This document shows, one piece after another, positions 1 to 12,646 of a DNA stretch of 22,498 bases. The position numbers and the translations under genes are program-made. The notes beneath the pieces were generated by a model. That model was not told the DNA's origin and did no database searches. It was given only the letters and a program-made list of their open reading frames with translations. Origin of the DNA: Ginkgo biloba (lineage: Eukaryota; Plantae; Ginkgophyta). Numbering within the stretch: position 1 is the first letter of the stretch; the number at the start of each line of letters is the position of its first letter. The stretch lies in the NCBI GenBank assembly GCA_024626585.2, contig JANKJI020000001.1, positions 1,014,447 to 1,036,944 of the forward strand, written 5' to 3'.

Positions 1-147
1 TTTTTAACACCTGCTCTCCTTTTTAGATGTGTTCTAGGATTACACAATGTGATATTGATATTGAAGAAATATAGATAATTTTAAAATATCAAAAAGGTCA
101 TTGGCAACTGTTGCTAAACTCTGTGAATGCTCACAGCTTCATTCCAG

Positions 148-197
148 CATTTTGGAATTCTTTCATGCAAATGCTTGCATGGAAGAATTCCAAGGTG
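148..197 (+). repeat. Near-perfect inverted repeat (23-bp stem, 4-nt loop ATGC)
   Basis: cattTTGGAATTCTTTCATGCAA-atgc-TTGCATGGAAGAATTCCAAggtg gives 20 Watson-Crick pairs plus 3 G-U pairs if read as + strand RNA. Confidence 0.9.
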
Positions 198-1308
198 AAA
201 TCACTTACAATTCTTGAATTTGAAATTTGCAGCTTTCTATTTGATGAAATTTTCCTTAAAATAGAAATGTGAAGAATTTTCAAATCAATCTCTGGTTTAG
301 CTTTGGTGCCTTTGTCTTAGGCTTTGTTGTCTTGTTCAGTTATTTTTTTACCTTCAGAATGCTCAGCTCCTTCAGTTCTTGTTCAATTAATTCAGAATAA
401 GACAACCCATGACTTTTTCAACATGAGTCTAGGAGAGACGAAAAGCAGGAAACCGATTTTGGTGGAACAGTGACGAGGAAGAATTTCGTGGGTGCATTAA
501 GGTTTTTCGAGGATAGTTATAGTGGTTTTGATGATGGAAAGGAGGTTAAACAGGTTGTTTGAGGAGTCTCGAGGAAGAAAAGGATGGGTTGGAAGGTAGC
601 TTTAGGGTGTAGCGGACAATTTCATGAGCCATTTTCGGGATTGGTTTTGAAGATAAAAAGGGCTTTGGGAGGTGGATCTGGAGCAGTTGTTGACATTTAA
701 GGGTAGTGGAGCAGTAGCGGGAGAGCATCAATGGTTTCAGGGAGGTCATTGGAATCTATGTCATGTAGGTCAGAAAATTCTTCAGTGAAGTGAATGCCAA
801 AGCCTGCCTGAACATCTTTTTAGATCCATTCTCATTCTGAAAGAATTCATTGTTCAATTCCCTTTATCCATTCTTATCCAGATCATTCTCTTCAGAGCTC
901 TGGGAGAAGTCCAACAAGACAGTAATTGCTTGAAAGTCACTATAATGAGATACATGCCTTAGGCCATTGGCTTAAAAGGCCTTTGAGCCCCACAAGAGTT
1001 GAACCTTGCTGCATGATGCATTTGGGGCCACTCTGGCTTAGAAAGAAAACTAGTAATTTACATCAGGTGAAAGTTTTTGACAATCTTTTGTACTATGCAG
1101 ATTATCAACTTCTCATATCACTTGGCTTTCTCCACACAAACAAGGAAGATTATATAAACTTGGGCAATTCTAAGAAATTAATCATAGATTCTACAAGACA
1201 AGTAATGAAATAAAAGTACATTATGACATTTGTATGCCAAGATTAGATTAATCCATATTGATATTGCAAAGAAACTAATGATTTAGCCAATTTATTAGAC
1301 AGATAACA

Positions 1309-1392
1309 CAGAGTTGCCAGGTGTGTGCACCCGTTCGGCAGGGTACCCGCACCAGGGTACTGTACTCATACCGGGGATGCAGGTACGGGTAC
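1309..1392. mobile_element. GC-rich end of a possible non-autonomous DNA transposon (hAT/MITE-like), running into a 649-N gap
   Basis: Abrupt switch from AT-rich DNA to CAGAGTTGCC... with repeated GGTAC/GTACC motifs in both orientations. The second terminus and a TSD are not visible. Confidence 0.3.
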
Positions 1393-2041
1393 NNNNNNNN
1401 NNNNNNNNNNNNNNNNNNNNNNNNNNNNNNNNNNNNNNNNNNNNNNNNNNNNNNNNNNNNNNNNNNNNNNNNNNNNNNNNNNNNNNNNNNNNNNNNNNNN
1501 NNNNNNNNNNNNNNNNNNNNNNNNNNNNNNNNNNNNNNNNNNNNNNNNNNNNNNNNNNNNNNNNNNNNNNNNNNNNNNNNNNNNNNNNNNNNNNNNNNNN
1601 NNNNNNNNNNNNNNNNNNNNNNNNNNNNNNNNNNNNNNNNNNNNNNNNNNNNNNNNNNNNNNNNNNNNNNNNNNNNNNNNNNNNNNNNNNNNNNNNNNNN
1701 NNNNNNNNNNNNNNNNNNNNNNNNNNNNNNNNNNNNNNNNNNNNNNNNNNNNNNNNNNNNNNNNNNNNNNNNNNNNNNNNNNNNNNNNNNNNNNNNNNNN
1801 NNNNNNNNNNNNNNNNNNNNNNNNNNNNNNNNNNNNNNNNNNNNNNNNNNNNNNNNNNNNNNNNNNNNNNNNNNNNNNNNNNNNNNNNNNNNNNNNNNNN
1901 NNNNNNNNNNNNNNNNNNNNNNNNNNNNNNNNNNNNNNNNNNNNNNNNNNNNNNNNNNNNNNNNNNNNNNNNNNNNNNNNNNNNNNNNNNNNNNNNNNNN
2001 NNNNNNNNNNNNNNNNNNNNNNNNNNNNNNNNNNNNNNNNN
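1393..2041. other. Largest assembly gap (649 N); one of 15 N-runs in the window
   Basis: Other runs: 2593-2602, 3169-3461, 4845-4944, 5548-5618, 8157-8256, 9348-9447, 10769-10868, 12033-12042, 13833-13861, 14956-15055, 18917-18936, 19162-19189, 19920-20019, 21021-21120. Confidence 0.98.
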
Positions 2042-4670
2042 TTGCATGCCTCATCAAGGGTCTTCACCTCAAACAAGATGACCTCCCTCTTTATATGACT
2101 ATGCAAACTATTAAGGTACTTCATCATCATCTTTTGGTCAGCCTGATTAATGTTCAATTGCAAGCCATTGTATTGTACTTCAAAATTTGCATAATTTAGT
2201 ATTGTAATTCAATCAGGCATACTGTGGTAGGTGACTGATTTGAGTTGCTGTTATTAGAATTGGCTGTAACGTACCAGTCTGTAGGAGTGTAGCCCTTGTA
2301 TAATTGATTTTACCTCATTAGTTGGAGTGGTTAGTTACTGGACTGACAAGCTTGCTTGTGTGAATGCAGTGCCATCTTGAAAAATTTGCACATGATGCAG
2401 CGTTTTCAACGATTCTAGTATCAAGGAGAAATTATGGGTGGTGTCAGTTAGTGTTGGATCTTCTGTATTATTATCAGGCGAGGTTCTGAAGTTCTGATTT
2501 TTTTTCTTTTTAAATCTGGCAGATCATTAGTCATGTTATATTTATATATCTGATATGGATTATACTGGAAAGACATCAGTGAATCATGTTGCNNNNNNNN
2601 NNAACTGTCAGGAAATTTGGTTGCTTTAACCTCACCGTGATCACTTTTGTTCTCAACCTGAGAATGTTGCAAATAGGCTTGTATTTTCAACATGTAACAT
2701 GGTCCAACTGTTCTCTTTTGTATTGCCAAAAATTGCTTAAAGAGGATGTTGCTCTAAGAGTTTCAATAATGTGGGCTACCCTGTATGACATTGTATTGGC
2801 TAAAGAGGTGGATCACTGTGTAGGAAAGCTTTATAATTATGTTTTTTTCTATGCTGATAAACACATAATTAGGCATTCGAGATTGTCCCATCTGTACAAC
2901 TCTTTTATCATTAAGAAGCAATTTGTGATTAGTTTTTGCCAGAACCCTGGTACTATTCATGGATTATCGTTGTTCATAATACTGCTATGGCTGATTTTTC
3001 TGACAAAACTGTCTCCATGAGATATGTCTTGTGTATTATAAAGACGCAACAAAATTTATAACCCTTAGCCACCCCTGCTACCCACCTCTGTGGAGGCACC
3101 CTCTGGCTAAGGAATTAAGCCACATATGTAGTTTAGGAAATTTGGAACGCTCTACTGCACTGCGCCCANNNNNNNNNNNNNNNNNNNNNNNNNNNNNNNN
3201 NNNNNNNNNNNNNNNNNNNNNNNNNNNNNNNNNNNNNNNNNNNNNNNNNNNNNNNNNNNNNNNNNNNNNNNNNNNNNNNNNNNNNNNNNNNNNNNNNNNN
3301 NNNNNNNNNNNNNNNNNNNNNNNNNNNNNNNNNNNNNNNNNNNNNNNNNNNNNNNNNNNNNNNNNNNNNNNNNNNNNNNNNNNNNNNNNNNNNNNNNNNN
3401 NNNNNNNNNNNNNNNNNNNNNNNNNNNNNNNNNNNNNNNNNNNNNNNNNNNNNNNNNNNNNCGAGCTAGAGATTCAATAATTTTCCATTATGATTAGATT
3501 TTTGTGCTACCTTCTTCTATGGACCATTGAATAGCCAAATTTCTAGTCACCCATTTTTTCAACCTTTGGCCATTTATCTTTATAAAATTATTTTTTTGCA
3601 TTGACATTGTCGAACCAAGGAATCTTTGCATTATCCTTAGAAGAGGCCCTTGAGTCTTTTCATTATTTCAATACCTTCCACCTTGCATTCCCATACCTTT
3701 TATGTTTCCATTATGCACTAGGATTTCTTTTAATTATTAGTATTTGGATAGTTGAATGATACTAAAGTCTTTTTGTGACAAATTAGTACCTCAGTCTGAC
3801 ATCTGTCATCTCTGCTTGAGGGGAACCTGAAATAAGCACCAGCCCTGCCCTTCTCTCGTGATTGTTTTTTATTGTATGTTTGAATTATGACCTCCAGCAT
3901 GTAAGTTGAATTTTGGATTTTTTGTTCAGATAACATTTTTAATGGTTAAAAAAGGCAACTTGTCTATCAAATATGTCATTAGGGAGTCTTTGTGACCATG
4001 AAATATGTAGCTTTAATCCATTAATCCTTTTTGTCAGCTTCTCAATGGTTAGCTTTGTGGCTGCCAGCTGGGATATTAAATTTAGCTTAAAATCACACTT
4101 TGATTCACATAATTGTTTTTACCTTTTGGGTCAATAAGTTTGCTCTTTATTAAATGCTTCACTGATTTCTCCCCTCAAACTTGCCTTATGCTGGATTTTT
4201 TCCAGAACTGCCTTTGCTTTTGAAAGGTTGGGTGTTGGAAATCTTACAAACAAAAAACCATTTTAGGACAACACTTGTGGAAGCTAACTGCCAAAAAATG
4301 GCAGGCAGGTTACATGAGTATCCAAAGCAACAAGGGAGCTACATCATGTAAAATGCAAGATGGGAAAATCATCCTCAAAATTTAAGATATGGGGCACTGC
4401 CAAGGGTGTGGCTGATCAGGCCATTCCATTTCCCTCAGTTCCATTAGTTCTTATACTCTCCTGGATGGTTACTTCACCATCAGACAAGTCAATTGCAGTT
4501 CTCCCAATTTCACATTAGCTCTAACATATTTCTGTATGACAACCACAGAAGGCACTATAGCAATCCTTTCCTCTTACAGTGTACCTGTATTAGCATATGC
4601 CATTTGTTTACCTGTGGGTCAATTTCTTTATTAAAAACGTACATCAACAAGGCTGACAAAATGTGTGGTT

Positions 4671-5364
4671 TGTAACTACCTTAATTCGGTACCACTCATG
4701 ACTGGTACCGAAAGGTCAAAATAGAAGCCTTGGAATTATGTGTGCCCTAGTGTCCTTCAGGTTTTAGAGAGACCTTGTATTCCAAGTTTGTGCTACATAC
4801 ATAAGAATCCAAAGAATTTGAAGCAGCAAAGAAGAGGAAGTTGGNNNNNNNNNNNNNNNNNNNNNNNNNNNNNNNNNNNNNNNNNNNNNNNNNNNNNNNN
4901 NNNNNNNNNNNNNNNNNNNNNNNNNNNNNNNNNNNNNNNNNNNNCCCTTCTCCTTATAGAGATTCAGATCTGATTTAACTCATAAATTAGGTATGATCCT
5001 TTTATGATGTTCTTCAATCCTCTAGATCTCATTGTGCCATATTTCTATCGAGAAGAGGCCTATGGGGTACAACTACCCTCTAACCCCAGTTGGGTGCCCC
5101 TCCATTATTGGAATGAAACCATGAATCCTTGGGTAACACCAAGGATACCTTATTTATGATTACAAGTTTGTTTGTTCAATGAGTGGGCTCTATCCCTTCA
5201 GGGCATCTTTTACTTTTATTTATACATCTAAAATAAAAGAAGCAACTCACTCACTCCACACACACTTTGTAGGTCATCATATTGATCTCACCTATATTAT
5301 TTGATATAATCCAGTTCTTTCACACCCTTTGGGAGATCATTATGGTCTCTTGAAGGTTCTTACA
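4671..5364. mobile_element. Probable solo LTR (TGTAA...TTACA termini) with imperfect 5-bp target-site duplication
   Basis: Starts TGTAACTACC (4671) and ends GGTTCTTACA (5364). Flanks are TGGTT (4666-4670) and GGGTT (5365-5369). Non-coding; contains a 100-N gap, so true length and contiguity are uncertain. Confidence 0.5.
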
Positions 5365-5719
5365 GGGTTACAATCCTAAATCCCCTTCATAGGAAAATCT
5401 TTGGCTTGTTCCTCTTAAGAAAGAAAGTTGAACTTTACTGCATTAAATACTGCATTATGCACTTGGGTAAGGGAAAGGAAAGAGGGGTAGCGGAATTCTC
5501 TTTTATATATTACATATTTCTTAAATTATGTTTCAAATGTGCAATTGNNNNNNNNNNNNNNNNNNNNNNNNNNNNNNNNNNNNNNNNNNNNNNNNNNNNN
5601 NNNNNNNNNNNNNNNNNNTACCAACACACACATGTACACATTTTTTAGGTACTCTAGGGAATATCCATGTACCTCCTAACTTTTGGGCCAATCAATTCGA
5701 CTGAGTTGGGGGAGAGCAT

Positions 5720-7256
5720 ATGCTCTTTGAATTACAAATCTAAACCAAAAGAACAAAAGGAATATGATATCATAGATAGAAAAGTACTAGCATTGATCAA
5801 AAGTTCATGTGAAGAGGAGGTGTATGTACATATGAAATTTTTTGGTCATTCGTATGAAGCTTGGAAAATGTTAGAGGAATTATTTAAAAGGAATAAGGTT
5901 AGTCTGAAATTTGAATTGCATACAAAAATCCTCAATTCCAAACTTGAGGAAGGAGGCAATATATTTGAGTACACTTAGGATTTGAAACTAAAGAAAAAAG
6001 AAAAGTTAACTTAGATAAATTTTAAAAAATTAACTTAGAAAGTTTCAAAGATCCAGATGTTGACTTAGAAAATTTGGAAGAATACTTAGATGAATCTCTA
6101 GTAGAAGTAATAACTTCATTATTGGATGTGTCAAACATGCCTAAGTGGGAAAAATAAGGAGTTTTGAGTATGAAACTACATGATCTTGCGAGACTTAGAA
6201 GGAGAAGTTATCATAAGAATGAAGATACTCAAGAATAGGAACATTCTTTAACATCATAAGTAATAGAACTAGTGAATTTTTAGGAATCTTGAAGTAAAAA
6301 ATGTGGAGAGATACAATGGTAGTTGAATACAAGGAATTAATAAAGAATAAGACATGGATGCTATTTGATAATCCATAAAGAGTTAAACTCATAGGCTATA
6401 GACGGGATTATAGAATCAAGTATCATGTATATGGAATGGTAAATAAATAGAAAGCTAGGTTGTTAGATAAAGGATATACTCAACAAGAGGGAATTGAATA
6501 TGATGAGACTTTTAAACCAACTATTAAGTGGAATACTATAAGATTTATTATGGCATTGGTAACTCGACATGGATGGAAGTTGTACTATATGGATATGAAA
6601 AGTTATTTTTTGAATGGGAATCTCACTAAGGAGGTATACATGTTCCAGCCTCAAGGAATTGAAGAAAAAAGTAGTGAACAAAAGGTTTGTAAGTTAGTTA
6701 AAGAACTATATGGATTGAAGAAGGCACCTATATCATGGTATTAAAATAAAGGATGAATACCTTAGAAAATTTAATTTGAAGAGATATGAAGTTGATGATA
6801 ATTTATATATGAAGAAAGTTGCAGATAAGATGGTTGTGATCATTCTGTATGTGTATAATTTTTATAGGAAATAGTGACGGCTTGATTAGTCAGGTAAATA
6901 AAGAATTAAAGTAAAGTTTTGAGATGATATATTTTGGACTTCTTCACTATTATCTTGGAATGGATCTTTTTCAGGAATATCATAGATTTTTCATCTCACA
7001 AACCAAGTATAAAACAAAATTATTAAAAAAGTGTAGAATGGAAGAATGTAAATCTTTAATTATACTTATGGAATAGGGATGTGAGTTATCTTAGGATAAT
7101 GAATATGTGTACATAACACTTTACAATTAGTTTATTAGTAGTTTGATTTATTTAACTACAACTAGACCAAATATTTTATTTGTAGTTGGATTACTTTCTA
7201 GATTCATGCATTCACTAAGAGAGAATCATTAGAAAGTAGCAAAGAAAGTTCTCAGA
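5720..7256 (+). mobile_element. Degenerate Ty1/copia LTR retrotransposon remnant: gag fragment plus reverse transcriptase, internally deleted and 3'-truncated
   Basis: Gag-like DRKVLALIKSS...SYEAWKMLEELF in ORF 5667..5978. RT from ~6266: WRDTMVVEYKELIKNKTW, *KARLLDKGYTQQEGIEYDETF, MDMKSYFLNGNL, LYGLKKAP. Catalytic YVDD has decayed to YVYN (~6848). Ends at SRFMHSLRENH*KVAKKVLR (7256). Multiple stops and frameshifts. Confidence 0.9.
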
Positions 7257-10200
7257 GAAGCTCACCATTGGAGGCATATGCTGCTTTTCCTACCGAAGGT
7301 ATGATTATATTTTATCATATATACGATTGTTTGAGTATAGTCTTACTTTATGGCACTCTTTTTTTGGACATTGACTAGTTAATAATTCATCATGTCCCCA
7401 TTCCTCAAATTTCACATACACATATTGGTGTTTGGTGTATAATAATATGACATGCTCACTTTTTTTATTAGTCACTTGATTGAGGGTTAATGGGCCCTAG
7501 TGCCTTGGGAGCCAAGTCATAGCTTGTAGAAGAAGGTAGCAATGTAGAAGCTTGTAGAGGAAGAAAGAGATCACTCTTAGGAGGTAGAAACAACCTATCC
7601 AATGGTAAAAGGGTGTGAGCATGTATTAAGGATCATCTTCAAATGCAATATATCGACTCTTTGAGATTTGTCTAGATTTCCCTATTTCCCTAAAGTCTGG
7701 GACGAGATTAGCTGGGATTTTTGAGAAATGGGTTTCTAGCATTGGTGTCCAAGATCTGGGTCTCGTCGTGACTGAAATTGGCTCTTATTTTGGGAAGAGA
7801 TTGGCTTGTTTCTTAATGGAATGAGTTTCTAAGACTGGCATCCGAGCAATGATCTTAGGCTCATGAATTAATGTGGGTAGAAAGAAGATGTAATGATTCC
7901 TTTCCCCCCAAGTCCAGAAGATCATTGGGTGAATCTGTCACGTTTATGGTTTTCTCTCTGCACACTCATATATCTTGTTCCCATTGCTCATTAAGTGAAT
8001 TCCTTTGAATTTTGTTCATGTTTTTCTGCTCACTTAAAATGAAGTGAAACCGTTAGAGCAATCCATTTCCATGCGGACCTTATTTGATTGGTTAGAAATT
8101 CACAGCAAACGAGACAACACCGTGAAAGGTTTCTGTTTCTTAATTAACTTCTTAGTNNNNNNNNNNNNNNNNNNNNNNNNNNNNNNNNNNNNNNNNNNNN
8201 NNNNNNNNNNNNNNNNNNNNNNNNNNNNNNNNNNNNNNNNNNNNNNNNNNNNNNNNCGGTAAACTTGGATAACTTAAGACCAAGTTAAAATCCATTGTGA
8301 AATCTTTATAATACTGTGCAAGCCTTTTAAGTTATGTAAGCATGGGTATAAGCAAGTTGATGTAAAATCTTCTTCTTAATGAATTATAGAGTTTTTCTAC
8401 CCCAAGATATTTTTCTCCAGTTAAAAAGCCTATGTCTTATATGTGAAAATTTTCATATGATGTTTAATGATTTTTTATGCTTAAATGTTTGAATTCAAGT
8501 TGTTTTGGTTGAAAGTCCTGGTTTTAAAACATAATTTCGCAAAATTCATTGTGAGTGCCATTGGGAGATTCTAACTCATCCACTAGAATATAGATCAAAT
8601 CCATAAGTTTCATATGGGTTTTGATGTTCCATATCAACCAAGAGGGGGATAGCATATGGTTTTATGGGATCTAAGCTTGATGAGGAGATTGTGACCATAG
8701 GGACTCTATTAGACAATTTTTATTATATTGGATTTTTCTCACTAGCTTGTCCCTCACTATCTTATTTGATTAGATATGGGATACTAAACTCTATTTCTTA
8801 ATTAGCTACGTGATAATTCTAGATAATGTTTATGCAAATTCATATTACTATTCTTAATCATGCATTTAATTATCATTGTAAAATATTTTTGAAGTTAGTA
8901 GGGTTAGTGGAAATATTGCATAGAATATTTCTAAAAAAAAAAATTATTGAATATAACCAAGGACTCTTTTCATATAAAAGAGCCTTGGATTATATTCTTA
9001 CATGCACTTTATATTTTTTAGATTGTATTCTTGCACTTCGGAATCAAGAAAGATTTGTATTTGTATAAGGTCTTGTGAATGGTTTATTTTTTATATTTCT
9101 TGAATATTGATTGGATTGTGATAAATATTTGAATTTTAAATTCACATGAGTGCATAGAATAAGAGTTAGGATATTATTGTTGGTGATTTGTCAAGTTCAA
9201 GAATAAGGTATGGATTTGTGTAATGAAACTGCAATAATAATTCATGAAAAAAATATGGCACGAGAATAACAGAATGCAAAGATCACAAAAATGACACAAG
9301 ATGATTTTATTATCTTCCACTTCGAGGGTGGTAACCTCCCAATACATNNNNNNNNNNNNNNNNNNNNNNNNNNNNNNNNNNNNNNNNNNNNNNNNNNNNN
9401 NNNNNNNNNNNNNNNNNNNNNNNNNNNNNNNNNNNNNNNNNNNNNNNCAGGACAAAAATTCTAGAATCATTTTGATTTCCTTGTATAGTTAAAAATTTGA
9501 AAGGTGAATGGACAAGATGAAGATGAATAGGTAGATAACTACCTCTAAGAATCTTGGCTATCCATATTCTTGGAAGGGCAATTATAAAGTTTGAGAATTT
9601 CAGTTTTTTAGGGTTCAGTCTTTTGATATACTTTCCAGTTCAATCCTCCAGTTTGAATTCTTGGTACAGTCTTACTCTTGAGGTGAGAACTTTGTAGGAG
9701 AAGGAAATTATTTCTCGAGGTGATGCTTATGATCAACAAGTACTTCTCTTATAATTATGTTTTTCTCATACTATATAAAAGTCTATGAACTATCCAGGTA
9801 TAACCTGCAAAATTTATTTGTGTAACAAGTGTTTATGTTGATAGCTTATGTAAGATGTTTTTCATACCTCACCAAGAGGAATTTATTTTATGAACTCTGA
9901 TTTCAATCTCTTTATGAGACAACAATCTTTGTAAACTATGGACTATGATTCCACTATCTTAGTTTTAATCTCAAGTATTTTCATTTTCTGAATTATGACC
10001 GTCGCTTAGGAATGTGGAATTTGAGAAAGTTTTATTTTGTTAGCTAGTTAAGATTTTTTTTATCTTACTTCTGTTGGACACATCCTGGGTTTTGGATCAA
10101 CAACCCTATTCTTGAAAAATCAATTACATTTATGAAATTTACTTAGGGAATTATTATTTTTCCTACATTTGGGTAGGAGCTCCCAAAGAAGGGGTGACCT

Positions 10201-12042
10201 CCCTCTTAGTTCATTTTCCTTTTGAAGTCGATTGGGACATGGTTGAATCTACATTGGCCATGGAAGGAACAACCTCAAAATACTCCACATCATTGGTTCT
10301 ACAAGGAGGTGATTCATGATTATCTTGTGGTGGCACGTGAGGTAACGTGAGGCCAAGAGGAATAATTGATAAAGGCATTAAAGGAATAGTGGAAATCAAC
10401 TCTTTATGACCTTGGGATGGTCCAGTGATGGAAGGTGGCTTAGCCACATCAAGGGGAAGAATTTAATAGCATCAAACATTCTAATTGCTTGAGGGTAATG
10501 ACAATAACTTCCTGCCACATGTTAAGGTTTGAATGACCAACCTTCATCTTATCATCATTTTGATGCGATGCCATGCATGCCTTAGAACATTTCTCAATAC
10601 TAATCATAGATGCTTGTTTTGAGATGCCATGAGCACACCACCTTGACTCATTATATGAAACCTTACTTTGCTTCCTTGATGGTCCACATTGAAGATACGT
10701 TTCTAGGAAGGGCGGCACACCTTCTTGATAAATTCTACTTCCTGGTAACTATAAGGGCTTCCTGGGTANNNNNNNNNNNNNNNNNNNNNNNNNNNNNNNN
10801 NNNNNNNNNNNNNNNNNNNNNNNNNNNNNNNNNNNNNNNNNNNNNNNNNNNNNNNNNNNNNNNNNNNNTTTGAGATTTTTTTCTATGTTTGGGTTTTCTC
10901 TCACTATATTTTCTCTCTCTCACTTTATTTTATTATCTTTAGGCTAATTCTAGGCAATGAGTGCACAAGGGCATGTTATTCCTATTCATGACTATTATTG
11001 CCCCTTACCTAATATTTATGTGGGTAGAAGGGTTAGTAGAAACATGCATTGAATGTTTAATTTTAGGACCTTAATAAATTTATGTAAGGTATCTCTCATA
11101 AAATATCCCTATCCCTTTGTGTTTCACACATTATATACTTTGTTCTCACAAGATTTTATGACTTGTTTGTAGCACACTGTTTGAATTAATGTAAGAGCTC
11201 TTACGTTTGTCCAATTATCTGTGTGAATCTTTATCTTTGATCTTGTTGTGAATCCTTGAATTATATTTTTTCTATATATTATGTTTCCAAATTCTATGAG
11301 TGTATAAAATATCTTATATAATATTATGAAGTTGATTTGGTAGCTTCTCAGGCTTGTACAAATCATTTTCTCAGGTCACATACAAAGGAGCATGGATTTG
11401 AAATATTTCCATGTGTGTTTTGCTTCCAATAGCCATATTTCATTTTTTCACATTGTTAATAAATTTGTGCATATGATTTTATGATAAAATGACCCCATAA
11501 TCCTTCAATTTAATCCTAAGTCCAGGTCTTTTGATGGACATAGCCATTTCATGATTGAAATTTGTGTTTCTTATGGCCTCGATGATTTTTTCTTCTCCTC
11601 TATTATTTCTCTATGGGTAGGGTGTCTTCTTTTTCGTGTTTCTTTTCTCTCCTATTTCCCCTTCATTCCTTTGTTCTCTCTAGAGGGTTTCCCTTTGTTT
11701 CCCTTACTCCAGGGCATCCCTTCTCTTGCTTCATCCTTTCGGTCCTTGTCTTGGCTCACCTTGCATACCCATGGCCTTTTGGCCTTTCTTATGACTTCCT
11801 ATCCTCCTTCAGTCATCCCTTATTCTACTCTATACTCCTGTAGCCTCCCAATCCTCCCCATTCTCTCTTGCTCCCCCACCGTTAACCCCTACTCCCACTC
11901 TGCTCCCCCTTCTCATCATTGTGGTCTATACAGACCATTGCGTGGCCTCCCCTACTATTCCCCATATCCCTTGGTGCACCCTCATCTTGTGCTACCACCA
12001 TTGCCCCTTGCACAATGCAAATAACAAAAAAANNNNNNNNNN

Positions 12043-12646
12043 CCTAAAATATATATATATTTTTTGTATCAAAACCTAAAGTAAAAAAAAAAAAGATTTC
12101 GTTAATCCCCTTTAGTCTTCACCCCAGTCATATGGATGCACATGAAACCACACCCCAGGAGATAATATTCAAGAATTTATGTTAAGACCCTCTTTATTTA
12201 TTTTATGAAGATCCCTTCAAGATTTAAGTTTGTCATTCTGCATCTCCTTCGACCCATAAACATAATTTTTTATTTTGGGAAGTGTTGCCCTCCCGTTCTA
12301 CCTCAAAACATTAGTGAAAAAGGACGTTAAAATTTTTGAACCATGAAGGGATTTTATTTTTCATTTTATATTTTGGCCTTATCTATTCGTCTAACATGTT
12401 ATTTCATTTGTTTAACAACATTGTCCATTTGTCTAATAGATAGTGTTTGTTCATCTAACAAACAGTGTCTGTTTGTCTAACAGACACTAGTTTTCTCTTC
12501 TAACGAGCATCTCTTCATCCTCTCTTTGTCTCTAGTTACTTCAATGACATAAAAAATCATGTTTAATAATCAAAATTGAGGTTGATGACACAGATTTCCC
12601 CCACTGCATGTCGATAGGAATGCGCTGAGGATTTTTGGTTTCAACA
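12043..12646. repeat. Copy 1 of a diverged ~0.6-0.7 kb direct repeat; LTR-like terminus (...GGTTTCAACA)
   Basis: Aligns by eye with 13108-13794, e.g. cactagttttctcttctaa / cactagttttatcttctaa and acataaaaaatcatgtttaataatcaaaatt / acataaaaaatcacatttaataatcaaaatc. Similarity stops abruptly at TCAACA / TCAATA. Confidence 0.75.

Noticed and set aside
1275-2199. Long ORFs of 250-292 aa in the ORF track
   Set aside because: Artefacts of translating through the 649-N gap; the same applies to the other X-filled ORFs.
2586-3020. 144-aa ORF
   Set aside because: Spans an N gap, has a non-ATG start and shows no recognisable homology or motif.
8257-10770. Further LTR/PPT-like fragments (e.g. ccaagagggggata at ~8638, gaggagattgt at ~8683) and minus-strand ORFs at 10211-10718
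   Set aside because: Probably old retroelement debris, but I could not define boundaries, TSDs or protein domains.
11551-12024. 157-aa Pro/Ser/Leu/Phe-rich ORF as a membrane protein
   Set aside because: By-product of a pyrimidine-rich tract that lacks stop codons, within a repeat.
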